DNA from: Zygnema circumcarinatum SAG 698-1b
Taxonomy: Eukaryota > Plantae > Zygnematophyceae
DNA: 64,000 nucleotides
Assembly (NCBI GenBank): GCA_037447605.1
Contig: CM074806.1
Coordinates: forward strand, 2,542,001-2,606,000
Reading direction: 5' to 3'
In this document: positions 10,052 through 22,800 of the stretch, in pieces
Layout of the letters: the number at the start of each line of letters is the position of its first letter
How positions within the stretch are numbered: position 1 is the first letter of the stretch
The notes under the pieces: model-generated
What the model saw: the letters and a program-made list of their open reading frames with translations, nothing else
Database searches by the model: none
Told to the model about the DNA's origin: nothing
Position numbers and translations under genes: made by a program

Positions 10052-12886
10052 ATGGCGCGATTGCTTCTCCTGCTTTTGGTGGTCAGCTGCTTCGCCGCTT
10101 GGTATGGCGTCTCCGGGAAGGACTTGCAGAACGGAGGAGGCAGTCATGAACTTGCAGATGGTAAAGTCAATGGTAAGTTCCGTTAAATAACTTCATGAGC
10201 TCGGCTACTTTGCTCCAAGTGTCTTGTTGGAACCAGCGGATTCTTTGAAACTTACGGTGTGGTGGTATGTTTGTTCATTCGAGTTCCATTGGGTCTGGCT
10301 TTCGCAAACTGCCAAACACCTCGTTGCTACATGAAGCTCTTAAATTTCGTTGGGCCAAATTCTTGAAGCAGAACTTTGACGCGGACTGATATATCATTGG
10401 TTGTCTGGTTGTCTGTTGCAGGAACAGAAGTGCTTGCCCAGAAATTGTTAAAGGGCACTGCAGAAGTGGTGAGTAAAATCACACTCATTTAAAGGTCCGC
10501 ATTTTCAAGCAAGAGCTCGTTGTCGAATCTATCTTTGCGTGAAAGTGGGAGTGAAACCTCCTCCTAGTTGTGTTTATTGGAATTTTCTGAAAATTAGTAT
10601 CGTGTTCTTTGCAGGCGGTCAATGAAGCTGTACAGAGGCGAGAGCTTGTAGGTGGCAAGAGGGGTGAGGGTTTCTGGACGGTCAAAGGAGCAAAGTACTT
10701 CGATTCTCACGGCAACCAGGTGTGCAGACGAGCTCCAACTTCATACTGACATAAAATTTATTTGACCTCTTCCAGTCTCTAAGTTTTTTTTGGATTGCTG
10801 TTGCGGCTGCGTATACCGTGACAATCACTACTACTGTGCTAGTACTGCAACTGTTGCTGCTCTTGCTACCGCTAAAACTGGAAAGAGGGAGGAAGTGGGA
10901 AGGGAGGGGGAAATGGGTCGAAGTCAGTGAGGGCGTTTGGCAACCTCCTTGCGGCAGTGAGCTGGTTATGGGTCTCTGTTTCAGCAGCAAGTTCGTACGG
11001 GTTCTGGATGCAGGTCTGGTTTGCCGGGGTTCAATGGACTGGGATTGAAGTCGATGGATCGCCTCATGGTCTGTGGACTCGAAACTATTGGGACATGCTC
11101 AGACAGATTTCTTCCCTTGGTTTCAACATGATTCGCCTGCCCTTTGCTGGAGAAGCACTTCGCTCGTCATACTACCCAACTAATATCAACTATGGAGTTA
11201 ATCCGGATCTTCAGGTGGTGCTTCTCTCTCTCTTACTCTCTCTTTCACACACACACACACTTCGTCACTTTCGTGATAGTAGTTTATTGCCTGCTATGTT
11301 CGCTTACGACAAAGTGATCGCGTAATTTTTCCCCTTGTGCAAATTATTTTTTCAGATATGCAGCTTTCTGGTTGAATGCACAACTTCATTGCACAGTGCA
11401 AAAAAACTTTCTATAATCTGCACGCTTTTGTGTCATCTCAAACGATGTTTTGTGTAATCAATTTTCAGGGTCTAAATTCACTCGGTGTGATGGACAAGAT
11501 TATTACAGCTTGCGCCACGTACAACTTAAAAGTTATTCTGGACTATCACAGAATATATCTCACAAGCCATCCAGAGTGGGGTATATGGTTCGATAAACTA
11601 AACCCAGAGTCGGTCTGGCTAGATAATTGGGCCATGCTTGCAAAAAAGTATGTGAACAATCCAACCGTCATTGGGGTAAGTTTTGTATTTCTTCATTCCT
11701 TATTGACGCAGTGCTTGTCCTGGTTTCAGCTGCTGAAAACGTAGTCACTGTGCTTTTGATAGATTTTTTGTTTCTGCATAGATAAAAGTTCGCAGTTCCG
11801 ATATGTTCCATTATCTTCACCTATGCGGCTTTGAAAAGACAAGCAGGAAATTTGTGTAGCAATTTGCGGCTGCTTGCATGAAGAAGTGGCTTTGTTGTCG
11901 ACTTAACTTGAGTTATGAGAGCAGGCAGACCTGTTCAACGAGATTCACAACAATACGGATCTACCGGACTTTCCTGTTTGGGCTAAGGACGGAGTAGGGG
12001 AGCCTTACAATTGGAGAACTGCAGTCAAGAGGTTGGTACTCACTTTTTTCTCTCCTTTGCTGTTCCTAATTCGGCTGTCAACTGCCTGCTCATGCTGAAG
12101 TCTGCTCACTTGAACTGAGGGATTTGATGGATGCCTTCTTTTGAAGAAGAATCTTGGGAATTTATGACTTTGGTCTGACAGTTTCCTTACGGGTTTTTTG
12201 GCTCTATGATGTTTCAGATGTTCAGACCGAATCCAAGCAGTTAATCCAAATATCATCATCTTCATCGAGGGCATGTGGTACAATTCTTGGTGGGGAGGAA
12301 GCTGCAGTGACTTTGTGAAGATTAAGCCTGCCCCCATGAAGGTGAGTAACAATCCCTAGGCCCTTACCCGCACATGGGAATGGAGCGAATGGCCTGATCG
12401 AACGAATCCCTTGTCTCAATTACCTTTCTTTCTTACTTCCATTAACTGAAATTTAAGTTGAAATATATGGGAGGGGTGCAGGTTCCTAACAAACTGGCGT
12501 ATTCTGCACATGATTACGGTCCGAACGTGTACGATCAGCCGTGGTACAGGAACAAGAAGGCCTTTCCCAACAATCTGGAGGGTTACTGGCATCGGCGATG
12601 GGGTTACATTGTTGAGGCAGACATCGCCCCTGTGTGGATCGGAGAATTTGGATCTGCCTTGAACTGTACTCTTGTCAACCCTAAAACGCCCCGGGAGCTC
12701 ATTTGGGCCTATCGCTTTGTTAACTACATCAAAAAGCTTAACTTATCACACACGTGGTTCAACTGGGGTCCCGACTCCCGCGACACAGGGGGCATCCTGA
12801 AAGACGACTGGTGGAACGTGTGGGACTTGAAGATGAAGCTGCTCAATCCTGTTCTCTACCCAAACTTTGGGCCTCCCAAAAAATAG
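10052..12886 (+). CDS. Secreted GH5 endoglucanase, similar to bacterial GH5_1 (Acidothermus E1 type)
   Basis: Eight exons (approximately 10052-10160, 10421-10468, 10616-10719, 11012-11215, 11470-11676, 11925-12031, 12219-12341, 12458-12886). Signal peptide MARLLLLLLVVSCFAAWYGVSG, then motifs HGLWTRNYWDML...GFNMIRLPF, KVILDYH, NPTVIG-ADLFNE, AYSAHDY, APVWIGEFG and DTGGILKDDW. Confidence 0.92.
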
Positions 12887-14278
12887 TGACTTGTTAACTT
12901 ATCATTCTAAACGCGGGAACTGGCTAGCAATAAGGAAACTTAGCAAAGTTGTTGCTTTCTCCACTAAATTATACTTTTATGTCATTTTTTTTTTCTGTTC
13001 GATCGTCTATTTAAACAGACGCTCCTCTGTTGAGATAAATATTCGTTTGGTTTTTTATCGTGCAATCATTTTCGGTAAAAACTTTGGCCTTGGTCCCCTC
13101 TTTGCCAACTGTGTAGGTAATATGTTCTTGTTTCCAGCATCTTCTCCTATTGCTTTTGGCATGTGGAAGCTCGTGTGATCGGAGCCATCTCTGGCAGGGA
13201 TAGTGAGTGTGGTATGGGAGGACTTCATTCCTTAAGCAATTCTTCTCTGTCAACTCTGTGACGAATTCTGTAAGGCTGTGGCTCTTGGATCTTGTTTAAA
13301 AAGGCCAATATCCTTGCTTCAATGCCAAGGTCAAAATGTGAAGGTCATGAGCTTGGTCTGGCTATTGATCCTTGGGCTGCAAAACCGTCTCCTGCAAATG
13401 TTTACAAGCGGTTACTGAGTGCTCTGGTTTCTTTTTCTCGACGTGATTCTCTTTTCACCTAGTGGTCTGAAAGTAACAAAGATGCAAAATGAGCAGAATG
13501 AAAAAGGCAGTCGAGGGCCCAAAGCCAAAAATGTCGGAACTTTCCATCGCCAGCCAGCCTCTGTTGCATGCAAGCATGTCTCAATAACTCATACATCCTG
13601 CAACATGCCAACACGCAGCAAGCATCCACCTCCATGGTAATGATCGCATACAGAATACATGGGTGGCATTTGAATAGTTCAGGAAGAATCCTTAGGATGA
13701 TCCATGGCACAGCCAAGGCCGAGCTGACAAGACCAGGGATGAGAAGACCATATCATGTGCTGTGGCAGCCATTTGCGTGTGCCGAAGGCCATGGAGGGCG
13801 ATGGCCCCACTGCTTCCCAGTGCCGCAGTGCTGTTCTGCACAGATCGGATGAGAGATTCCGGAGGACAGGCTCAGGCTGCTGCGCTCAGACTCAGTGTTG
13901 CCGAGCGGCGAGCGAGCGCACAGCCCGAGACGGCCGCGGTTGCGAGTCGCGCGTGCCGTTGACTTTGCACTCACTTCAGCGACGGTTGGAACTGGAGACG
14001 AGGGACGCGGATAGAGGGAGGGAGAGCGGGGGAAGTCAGGGCGGGAGTGGGAGATGAGAGGAGGGAGAGTGCGGGAGGGGGAAGAGAGAAGAAACTGGCA
14101 TATACGCAAGATGCAATTGTGTCGAGTGCCTATATGGTAATAATATAATGTGGATATAATTGGTACTGCTGATCCTGCTTCGTGATTGGATAGTAGGTAG
14201 GCTCATGGATTGTAAACGAGGAGTCGGTGTAGGTATAATAATCCGCAGTATATAGTCGAGTTGCTATGAAACTCAGGC

Positions 14279-17200
14279 ATGAGGCTGTCTTCAGCTGGAG
14301 TTAGGTCTGAGCATGCGTTCTTAGTGCACACTGGAGTTTCTTCCACGAGAGATGAAATCCTCCCCGGGAATATCCCGTTCCCTACAGGGATCGGGAAAGC
14401 GCAAGCCAACTTCAAAGCTGACAGTACATCGGACAGCATTGTTCTTGCTGGCTGGAGCTCTGGTGGTGACCTTTACCAGCATTCCTATGTTCCTACTCAT
14501 TCTGCACGGAGTAGACTCATCTATCGAAGAAAGTGGGGAAATGCCAAGCTTGAGCATTCGTGCCATCCACATGCTGCAGCAAGCGAAAGTTCGAGGTCTT
14601 CACGGCAGTCTCAGCGAGGTTGGTTCCCCTGCGTTGCTATGTATATGTCGAATGCATTAAAATGAGTTGACTCCAAAAAAGTTAGTTGCGAGACCTACTT
14701 TGTAAGACAAGGTTAAGTTTAAGTTGAGTTTTTTTTAAAGTAAGGTGGCACCTTTAAAAAAAAAAAAAATCCAACTTTATACGCTCCCCTTCCCAAAACT
14801 GAAAACGAGGTAGATATGCAATATCGTGCCTAGTGCCCGTTGCATGCTTGCGTTAGTGATTTGTTTTCCGTAGTAAACATCGTTTTGTCTGTAAGATTGC
14901 ATCACTAAACCTTTGATAATGGGTTAGATCAAACCTGTTGAAAATGCAACTTCTAAATGTATCTCGAGATTCTAAGATTCCTTAACGCTAAGTATCACAA
15001 AGAACTCTGGCGTCCTCAAATGTGTATTTATCACAATATGTATTTGCATGTTTTCCCCGTCGATTGGCTTCATTCTCAATCCTGCAGCTGAAAAGGGAGT
15101 ACTGATATGCTGAAGTTTCTTTAACCCATGGACTTCTTGATTTAACCCTGATAGAGCTTTGTATGTGCAGTCATTGAAAAAACCTGCAAAGGTTTGCGTT
15201 GTAGAGCACGATGACCTTCAGCTCCGGGCCCGCCATCTTCTTCCAACCGAGACATCTATCCTAGACAATATTCTTGGTGATTTAGAGTTGGATGATGAAT
15301 TTGTGAGTGCGGAATTAGGCTCTGTAGAACCACCATTATCCGATATGGCGAAAGAAGCGTCTCTGTTTTCGAAGGGGTCGAATGATGGAAGTCCAGGTCG
15401 GCCAGTTTTCGCATGGCAGAGGTCATTGCTTCAACGCGGGGAGAGTTTCCGTAAGCAACGAGCCATGGGTCTTAGGAAACCTACCGGAAAAAAAGCTCTG
15501 GTACAAACATGGTTTGAGCGGCAAAAGCTATGCAGGCGATGGGTGAGCAGACTGACTACATTGTTGCAGGATGCTGGGAACGACTCCCTTATCTTAGGGC
15601 TGCAGTACTATCTTGGATCTGATGGTGACCAGGAACCAAGGCGTGAGGGCTGGAACAACAGGTCAGCGAGTTTGGAGGGAGCCATGGTAGAAGTTGAGCC
15701 GCTTACCCTTGCATTGGCCTTCTGGGGAAACAGTTCATTTGTTAGGGGAGGTGTAGACCCAGCATCGTCAGGAAACATTGCAGGAGAGGTGAAGAACAGC
15801 AAGGGACTAAATTTCAGGTGGCCGTTCAAAGCGGATGAGGCCAAGTCAGAGGGAAAGCCATTTCTTCGTGAGATAGTGCGGGTGGAAACGCTGGCACGAC
15901 CTGCTCGCGAACAAATTGCGATGTCCAGCAATCTTCTTGCCTTGGTACAATTTCCTCACCTGCGTTCCTCACAGGTCTACTATGTCGTGACTGGAGTGAA
16001 TATCCACTACTTCCAGTCCAATGTCTTTCCTTCTATCTTTTGGGCAAGAAAGAGGGGGAAGGCGGGGCGGTGGGCAATCTTGTTACAACCCAGCTGCTCA
16101 TTTCGTACCTTAAAGTATGAGTCATTGACTAAATAGAATCACATCCAGTAAACTTGATTTTTTACTCTTTGCAGTAGAAAACCTTTCAATGTCTAAAGGA
16201 TATTTCTTTCAAGTGTTTTTTACTTATTTATTTTGAGTGGATAGAGGATAGAACCGATGGCAGTCTGCCTACCGTTCATCCGACGGGGACCCTGGTGCAC
16301 AGGTTAATTACTTAGGGAAACAGAGAGCGGTTCTATGTTGAACCTGGATAATGAAATAAGGCCAACTTGCTGTTGTTATTCCTTCAGACTGTATTGAAGC
16401 CGCCATGACTTAAACCAGACAAGGCCTTACAGCTATGCAAACGAAAACCTCAAGATGAACTTTTCCTTCTTTGTTGATTTGAGAATTTTAGGCACCTGAA
16501 GGAGCGGAAGTGGTCGCCATTGAGATGTGTGGGCCAGTTGAACTTCCTCTTTTAGGAGTCAATAACACAAAAGGACTCGGGATTCATTTATCACTTTATC
16601 GGCCAAATGGAGGAACAAATGGATCCGTCACAGCCACCAACGTTGGTGCGAAACTTTCATGTCCCACTGGATTGAGTTCAGGTTTTTTTTTCTTTAAGTG
16701 AGACTGATCTTCGGTGTATGCTGACATTGGGGCTTCTCCTGTACTAGGTCTAGAAAAATGGCATTTCTTGATCCTCTCGGACTTCGCTCACTTGTAATGA
16801 AAGATTCAAGCGCAGTAGCTACTTGTTTACTGGACGTGCAACAATTTAGTTTCGTTCTTAGCGGAGCATTGCTTTAGTATCAATGTATACAATGGAATGA
16901 AGCAATACATTCGAGACTTTTCCCGATACTCCATTAGGGAGGAGATGATGTGGCATTGATCTCACGTTCCCAATACTCCATTACATCCCAATACTCCACA
17001 CCCCATTAGTGTCCCTATCTCTTCACATGTACAGGGTGCATGTGGTGGAGCCTGGCACTATTGGGAGCATTGGTTTAGTGGCCGATCGTCCTTTTAGTGC
17101 ATTAATGGAAGTACATTTTTCGTGTATTGTCCTTTCAGAGCGCAGCATGTCTGCGATATTGAAGCGTTGTGAACTACGTCAAGCTCCTTTGCTCAGATAT

Positions 17201-19082
17201 GTCATCCCGGCGGATAACTCGTCTAAGCTGGCCCAGGGGTTGGAGGACATGCCATTTCCTTGGGGACAATTGGCAGTGAGCTGGGAATCAAACTGCAATG
17301 TTGTACATCATCGAGTTATTATCTGTCGGTCTGTACCCTCTCTCAGTAAAAAGGAGAACAGCCATTACTCTGTCGAGGCATGAATCTTCCTGCTATACGG
17401 TCATTCCTGAACGCATTGTCCCGGTCTTTACTTATTTCTATAAACTTACTCCCTTACTCGACGCAGATGGGACATCTGAGTGAAACTGAAGGTGTGCCAT
17501 TTGCCACTACAGAAGCCTTATTGTAGTTTGGATGGAGGAGTTGGGGCAGAGGAGCAGAAGGAAGCCTGTGCAGTGAAGCGGAGGAAAAAGACTGCTCGAC
17601 AGCTGAGGACCCGGGTGCATGTGTGACAGAGCAGGAAGCCATGAATCACAGGCATCATCCTGACTTCACAGTCACTACAGTAACAACAAAGCAGGTCTGG
17701 AGTCTTCACTCGTTTATGTTAGTGACTTTGTACATGATACGTACATTGTGTTGTCCATGAAGAAGCGTGCATTGTGCTTTTTAAAAGTAACTTAGATATT
17801 ATTGTATCACAAGTGCTCTTGTCAGGCGCATATGTGTAGAGCTTAGCAAGGGGTGTGGGGAAGGACATAACTTGTAGCTGATAATTTGTTGAGTGGACAA
17901 AATTGGTGTTGGTTTTAGGTGTCTCCCACTTCGTGGATCCATAGTGCCTTCTTTCCAGCCCTCCAACCTGGGCAGTACCGTTACAGAGTAAGATCAGGCG
18001 GGAAGTGGTCCCATCAGTATGGCTTCCGTGTGGTGGGCGTTCCGCAGCTTCGAAAATTGGTCCACGGCGAAGGCGAGGGTAAAGTGGACAAGGGATCGAA
18101 AATTTACACAACAAGAGGCGGCCACCTGAGTTTCTTAAGAGGAACATCGAGAGGTAATAAGAAAGAGGGCACTATCGGGAAAAAGGGAGTGCTTGGGCGT
18201 AAAGGCTATCAGAGGGGGCCTATTGGAGTGTCGTCCGTCGATGTACATGTTGATGATTGGGTGCATATTGCACTTGTGAGCGACTCTCAATCTGGAGTTT
18301 CAGTGTTCCGCAAGCACTTAGCGCATATTCGCACACATAGACCATCTGCAGATATGCTTGTCCACTTAGGGGATCGTGTGCAGCATGGAGCATCCCAGCA
18401 AGAGTGGGCGTATGACTGGAACTTTCCGCTATGGGACAATAGGGTGGGTCAATACGCGGCTCATTTAGGCATAGTTGGGAATCACGATGTAGACAGTTTA
18501 GGACTTGCCGCAGCGTTTGCCCCCTTAGCTTCTCGAGCCACTTGGTATTCCGTCGTTATCGGGAACTGTTTATGGATCGCATTAGACAGCAATTTAAGTC
18601 CAGCGGTGGACTCATCCCAGAGCAAATGGCTCAAGCAGACATTGGAGGACCTGGCCTTAGCTCGGAAGGAAGGTGTGGCGCCGTCGTTCGCTATCGTGAT
18701 GGTCCATATAGCCCCATTCATAGAGTTTTGGGACCCGAAGACGTGGGTGAAGAAGGAAGAAAGGCGCTGGGGCGAGTGGGTGAGGATAGACTGGGTGCCC
18801 TTGTTCGAAAAGTATAAGGTAGATCTCGTCATTAGTGGGCACTCTCATGTCTACCAAAGAGGCGAGCGAAATGGTGTAATGTACGCCATAATGGGGGGCG
18901 GAGGCGGGGCTCTGGACATGAAGAGGGTTGAGAACTGGAAGATGTACCGGGTGACCCATCACGACCATCACTATGTATGGGTGGACATGTCCGCAGGGAA
19001 GCTCTCATGGACGGCATACGACCTGGCAAACAATCCCATAGATCATGTCCTCTTTGAAGCGGACTCGTTCCCAAATGAATAA
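14279..19082 (+). CDS. Large multidomain calcineurin-like metallophosphoesterase (unknown N-terminal region, FN3-like PAP N-domain, Metallophos domain)
   Basis: The terminal exon (17919-19082) has the motifs SDSQ, GDRVQHG, GNHD, VHIAPF and GHSH, preceded by HSAFFPALQPGQYRYRV. Upstream open exons (about 14279-14620, 15160-15974, 16250-16300, 16492-16648, 17035-17330, 17527-17694) have GT-AG borders. The start codon and whether 14.3-16.7 kb belongs to the same gene are uncertain. Confidence 0.7.
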
Positions 19083-19838
19083 ACAACATCGTCATGCATG
19101 GTCGGCAGACCGATGCGCTTGTTTCTATCCACTTTCCCTCACGAATGTTATCTTATGCCCCTCTTGATGCTGATTCTTTCGTTAGATGCTTTTAATTTAT
19201 TACCACAGCGGTTGTTCGTATTTGTATCTCTTTGGGATCGCTTTTCAGATTGATAAGATTCTATGATTTTGGGTGTGTAAGTAAGATAGATCGTACTTCA
19301 ACTGAAAAGTGAACATAGAAACGTTCCAAACGTACACTTCATCTATTTTTCACTCCCAGGCCCAGCACTGCGCATCTCCTATGGTGTATTACGATCGGTG
19401 CAATCTAATTTTGACCGTCATCATTCACTGGCCCTTGCTACAGTACGGGAGTGCGGGAAATGAAATTACAATAAACTTTGCAAAAATGGCATAATTTTCC
19501 TCTTCCTAAGCCGTCCATGCCTTCGTTTTCTCATCTGGCACAATGCCCTACAGCGAGGTAACCGATAGACCAGTAGACCGTCAAAACCCGACTAAAGGTT
19601 AGCTGCCCTTTCGCAGCAACATAAGCGAGACAGACAAGAATGTCAACTCTACCTACAAACTGTCACCAAAAAATATCCTAACTCCCGGCTCAAAATTGGA
19701 CTGCCCTTCCAAGACAGCCGAAGCAGAATCTGCAGAGCACTACGGATCTAATACTTCAGCTTCCCACGCACGCATGTCTATCCAATCCTTTTGACTCGAG
19801 CTTTCGATATCCCTTGGTCGGTTTGCAGTTCTCTGCTA

Positions 19839-22800
19839 TCACTCCTCTGCCACAGGAATAGCTAGAGAAAGGCACTCCGCATAGGGCATGCTGAAGGAGC
19901 TGCTGCTCCAAGTCTCTTGACTGTTTGCCCTAATTTGGCTCCTCTGCAATCTGCTGGACCTCCTCAGGCCCGACTGCTTCAGAATCTTTTCTTGAGGCGC
20001 CTTGGACTTTGCAGAGGATGTGGTTGTCCTGCGAGGCACTGCTTCCGCAGTATACTTGATGGAAATCGGTGAACTGCGCCGAGCTCTTCTAGGAATTTGA
20101 ACGGAGATAACATTTACTGAAGTAGGAGGGCTTGTTGGGACCGCTGAAAGTGACTGCGGAAGGAGAGTCCTAACTTGAGGGCTAACTTGAGGGGACGCCT
20201 GCCAGGGCAATCGCAAACCCGATAATGCACTGGCAGTGGTTTGCATCACGCGGAGAAAGCCAATCTGTAGAAACAACTTTGAATCAGCTCAGTTTAAACT
20301 TGGAGGGAAGGGCATAGATCTAGATTGCAGTGAGAAAAGCAAGCAACGATAGAACGCAGATGTAGCAGTCGGTTGAGTAATGATACATGTGAAGACGCGA
20401 TAGACTACATCTCCAAAGAAGAGACCTAGATAGATAACGAGCCCCTTCCATAGATGACAGGGATAGATGAAGCACCTGCGAGGCCATGGAAACGGATGCA
20501 AAAACAGTTGGGAAGGGCGGCAATGATCCACCCTTCCCTTTGTCCGCTTCTGTTCCACAGCGTCTTTGCATTGCGTCTTTCATCGTGTCTTCATCGAGCA
20601 TGGCCACCTTCCCGAAGCTCCGTGGTTTTCTTTCCTCTTCTTCTTCTTCCTCCTCTTCTTCATTTGCTTTCACCGGAGCAGCTGCTTGCTCTTCACCCTC
20701 CTCATCCTCTGTTTCCTCCTCTTCGTCGCTATCCTCCTCTGATGCCTTCTCCGCTTCGTCCACTCCAGAGAGGATGCTTTCCTGTTTAGCAGTTATCTCC
20801 TCCAGCCGAGCACTGAAAGTTTCGTCTTGCAGCTCAAGCTCACGGGCAATTTCCTCCCTTCTCAGCATCATTTCAGCTTCCTCCTGCTGTTTAGCTTCTT
20901 CCAACTCCCGTCGCTGAGCCTCCAACTTAGCTGCCAGGTTGGCCTTCCGCAGTTCATCCTCCCTGGCCCACCGCTGCTGCCTCTTCTTCCGCTTGCGCTC
21001 TACTTCTTGCAGTTTCTGCTCCACAGTCGTAGGCTCTCCCTCCACTTCCTCCTCATCCAAAACTTTATCCTCCATGAACTCCTTGAAGCCCAAAGGCAGT
21101 GGTTTGATCTTTGTTGGGTCGATCTCCTGGCCCCTGCAATCAAACAAACAGCCAATTGCTCACTTACTGATCGAGTATCTATAACGCGTTCTCTAGGGGT
21201 GGAAAATCGTCTCGGATATCGTTGGCGATAGATAATCAGCAAATTTAACGCCTAACTCCAACATCAGTAAAATATTTCACAGATCTTTCAATCAATTCTA
21301 AAATAAGCACCTACAAGTAATTCTCTAGTCATAGAGATGATTGCCTGGATAGTGTCCATGTCGGCCATCAAACAGTAGGGAGGCTTACTTCTATGCATGC
21401 ATTTTGATCTTGAGAAACAAGCTTGCTCCACGTTCATGACTACCGCCATCTCAACAGGTCCTACGCATTATGCATGGAAATGGTCTATTTCAAGAGGTCA
21501 ATGACTTGGAAAGGTGTTCGGAAGACGCTCACGGTTCATAAGGCTGGATAAAGAATCGCAGCTGGCCATCCTTGTCCTCAGCCCAATTGATGAGTTGTTT
21601 TGAAGGAACATGCAAAAGCACCTTCCCCTGCATTCCCTTCTGTGCCATAATCTTATCCTCCTTGGTATAGCGGCCTTCAAGGTTAGGTGTGTTACCAAGA
21701 ACCACAAATTCCTCATCTGCTCCAAAGACCACGGTGTAGGGAATTGTACATTAACCTCAGCCAGAAACAAGTCGACAATACTCCCTAAACTTCACAAGTT
21801 CCGTTTGAGTTTGGTAGAACATCGCTTAATTTGCTCCACACTGGCATACATTTTCCTTACATATACCAATTCAGATCAACAAGCAGGGTCAGCCTTGGAT
21901 GCCAATGTCAAGCCCAATCTGAAGCTCAGCATTCAGTGACAGGTCTTCATGAAATAGAGGAAAAACCGAAATAAAGAGCTGACCATAACTCCGAAATCAC
22001 ACACTGTCTGATACAATAGCCATAACTGTGACCAATACACACCTTTATCCCAGATTTGCTCCAGCTCAGGGGGCATAGGAATACGCAGTGGAGCTTGTGT
22101 AAAGGAATTGAGCCATGATTCACGCTCAGCATCGACTTCTTCCGCATACTTTTTCCAAGCAGTCGGGACCTGTCAATCAGCCCCCCCGGACATCTTCTGA
22201 GACCATTATAATACATATAAGTCAAGACATACAGCTCTGACTAGCATCTAATTGTTCTGCATTTGATCGAAACATGTATTAACTGCCATGTGAACCGTCC
22301 GACTTCCGTTCACGACTAGAAATTCAATCCTGCACTCGAGCACTCCAGGGATACTCGATAATTCAAAGGAACTCCAACTTGTGAAACTGGCAATAAGTAA
22401 CCACAGCCATCACCCTCTTGATCTTTGTTGGGGAAAGCTGCCTAACCAGTGTCCGATCGCTTGGCTACAATACCCCAAACAAGTCAAATGACGTTCCAAG
22501 CTGACACATCTACAGTGGGAAAGCCAGTACTTCAAACTACACAAATCTTTTCTCCTTCAATGCGAAAAACAAAACAAAATCCAAGGTGGCCCTTCTCCAA
22601 CAAAAACACAGAACATGTTGTGCTTCCCTCACTCTCAAGCCCTAAATGGTTTACTGCGTGGCTGAGAACTGTACCGGATGGAATTCATTGATGAAACCAG
22701 GTGCCATCCACATGTCCTCATCTTCATACATGTACGGATGGGAAGGGTCCGTGTAAGGGCCCCTAACCTCGCGAACCACTACAGCCCCAACAATCCAACA

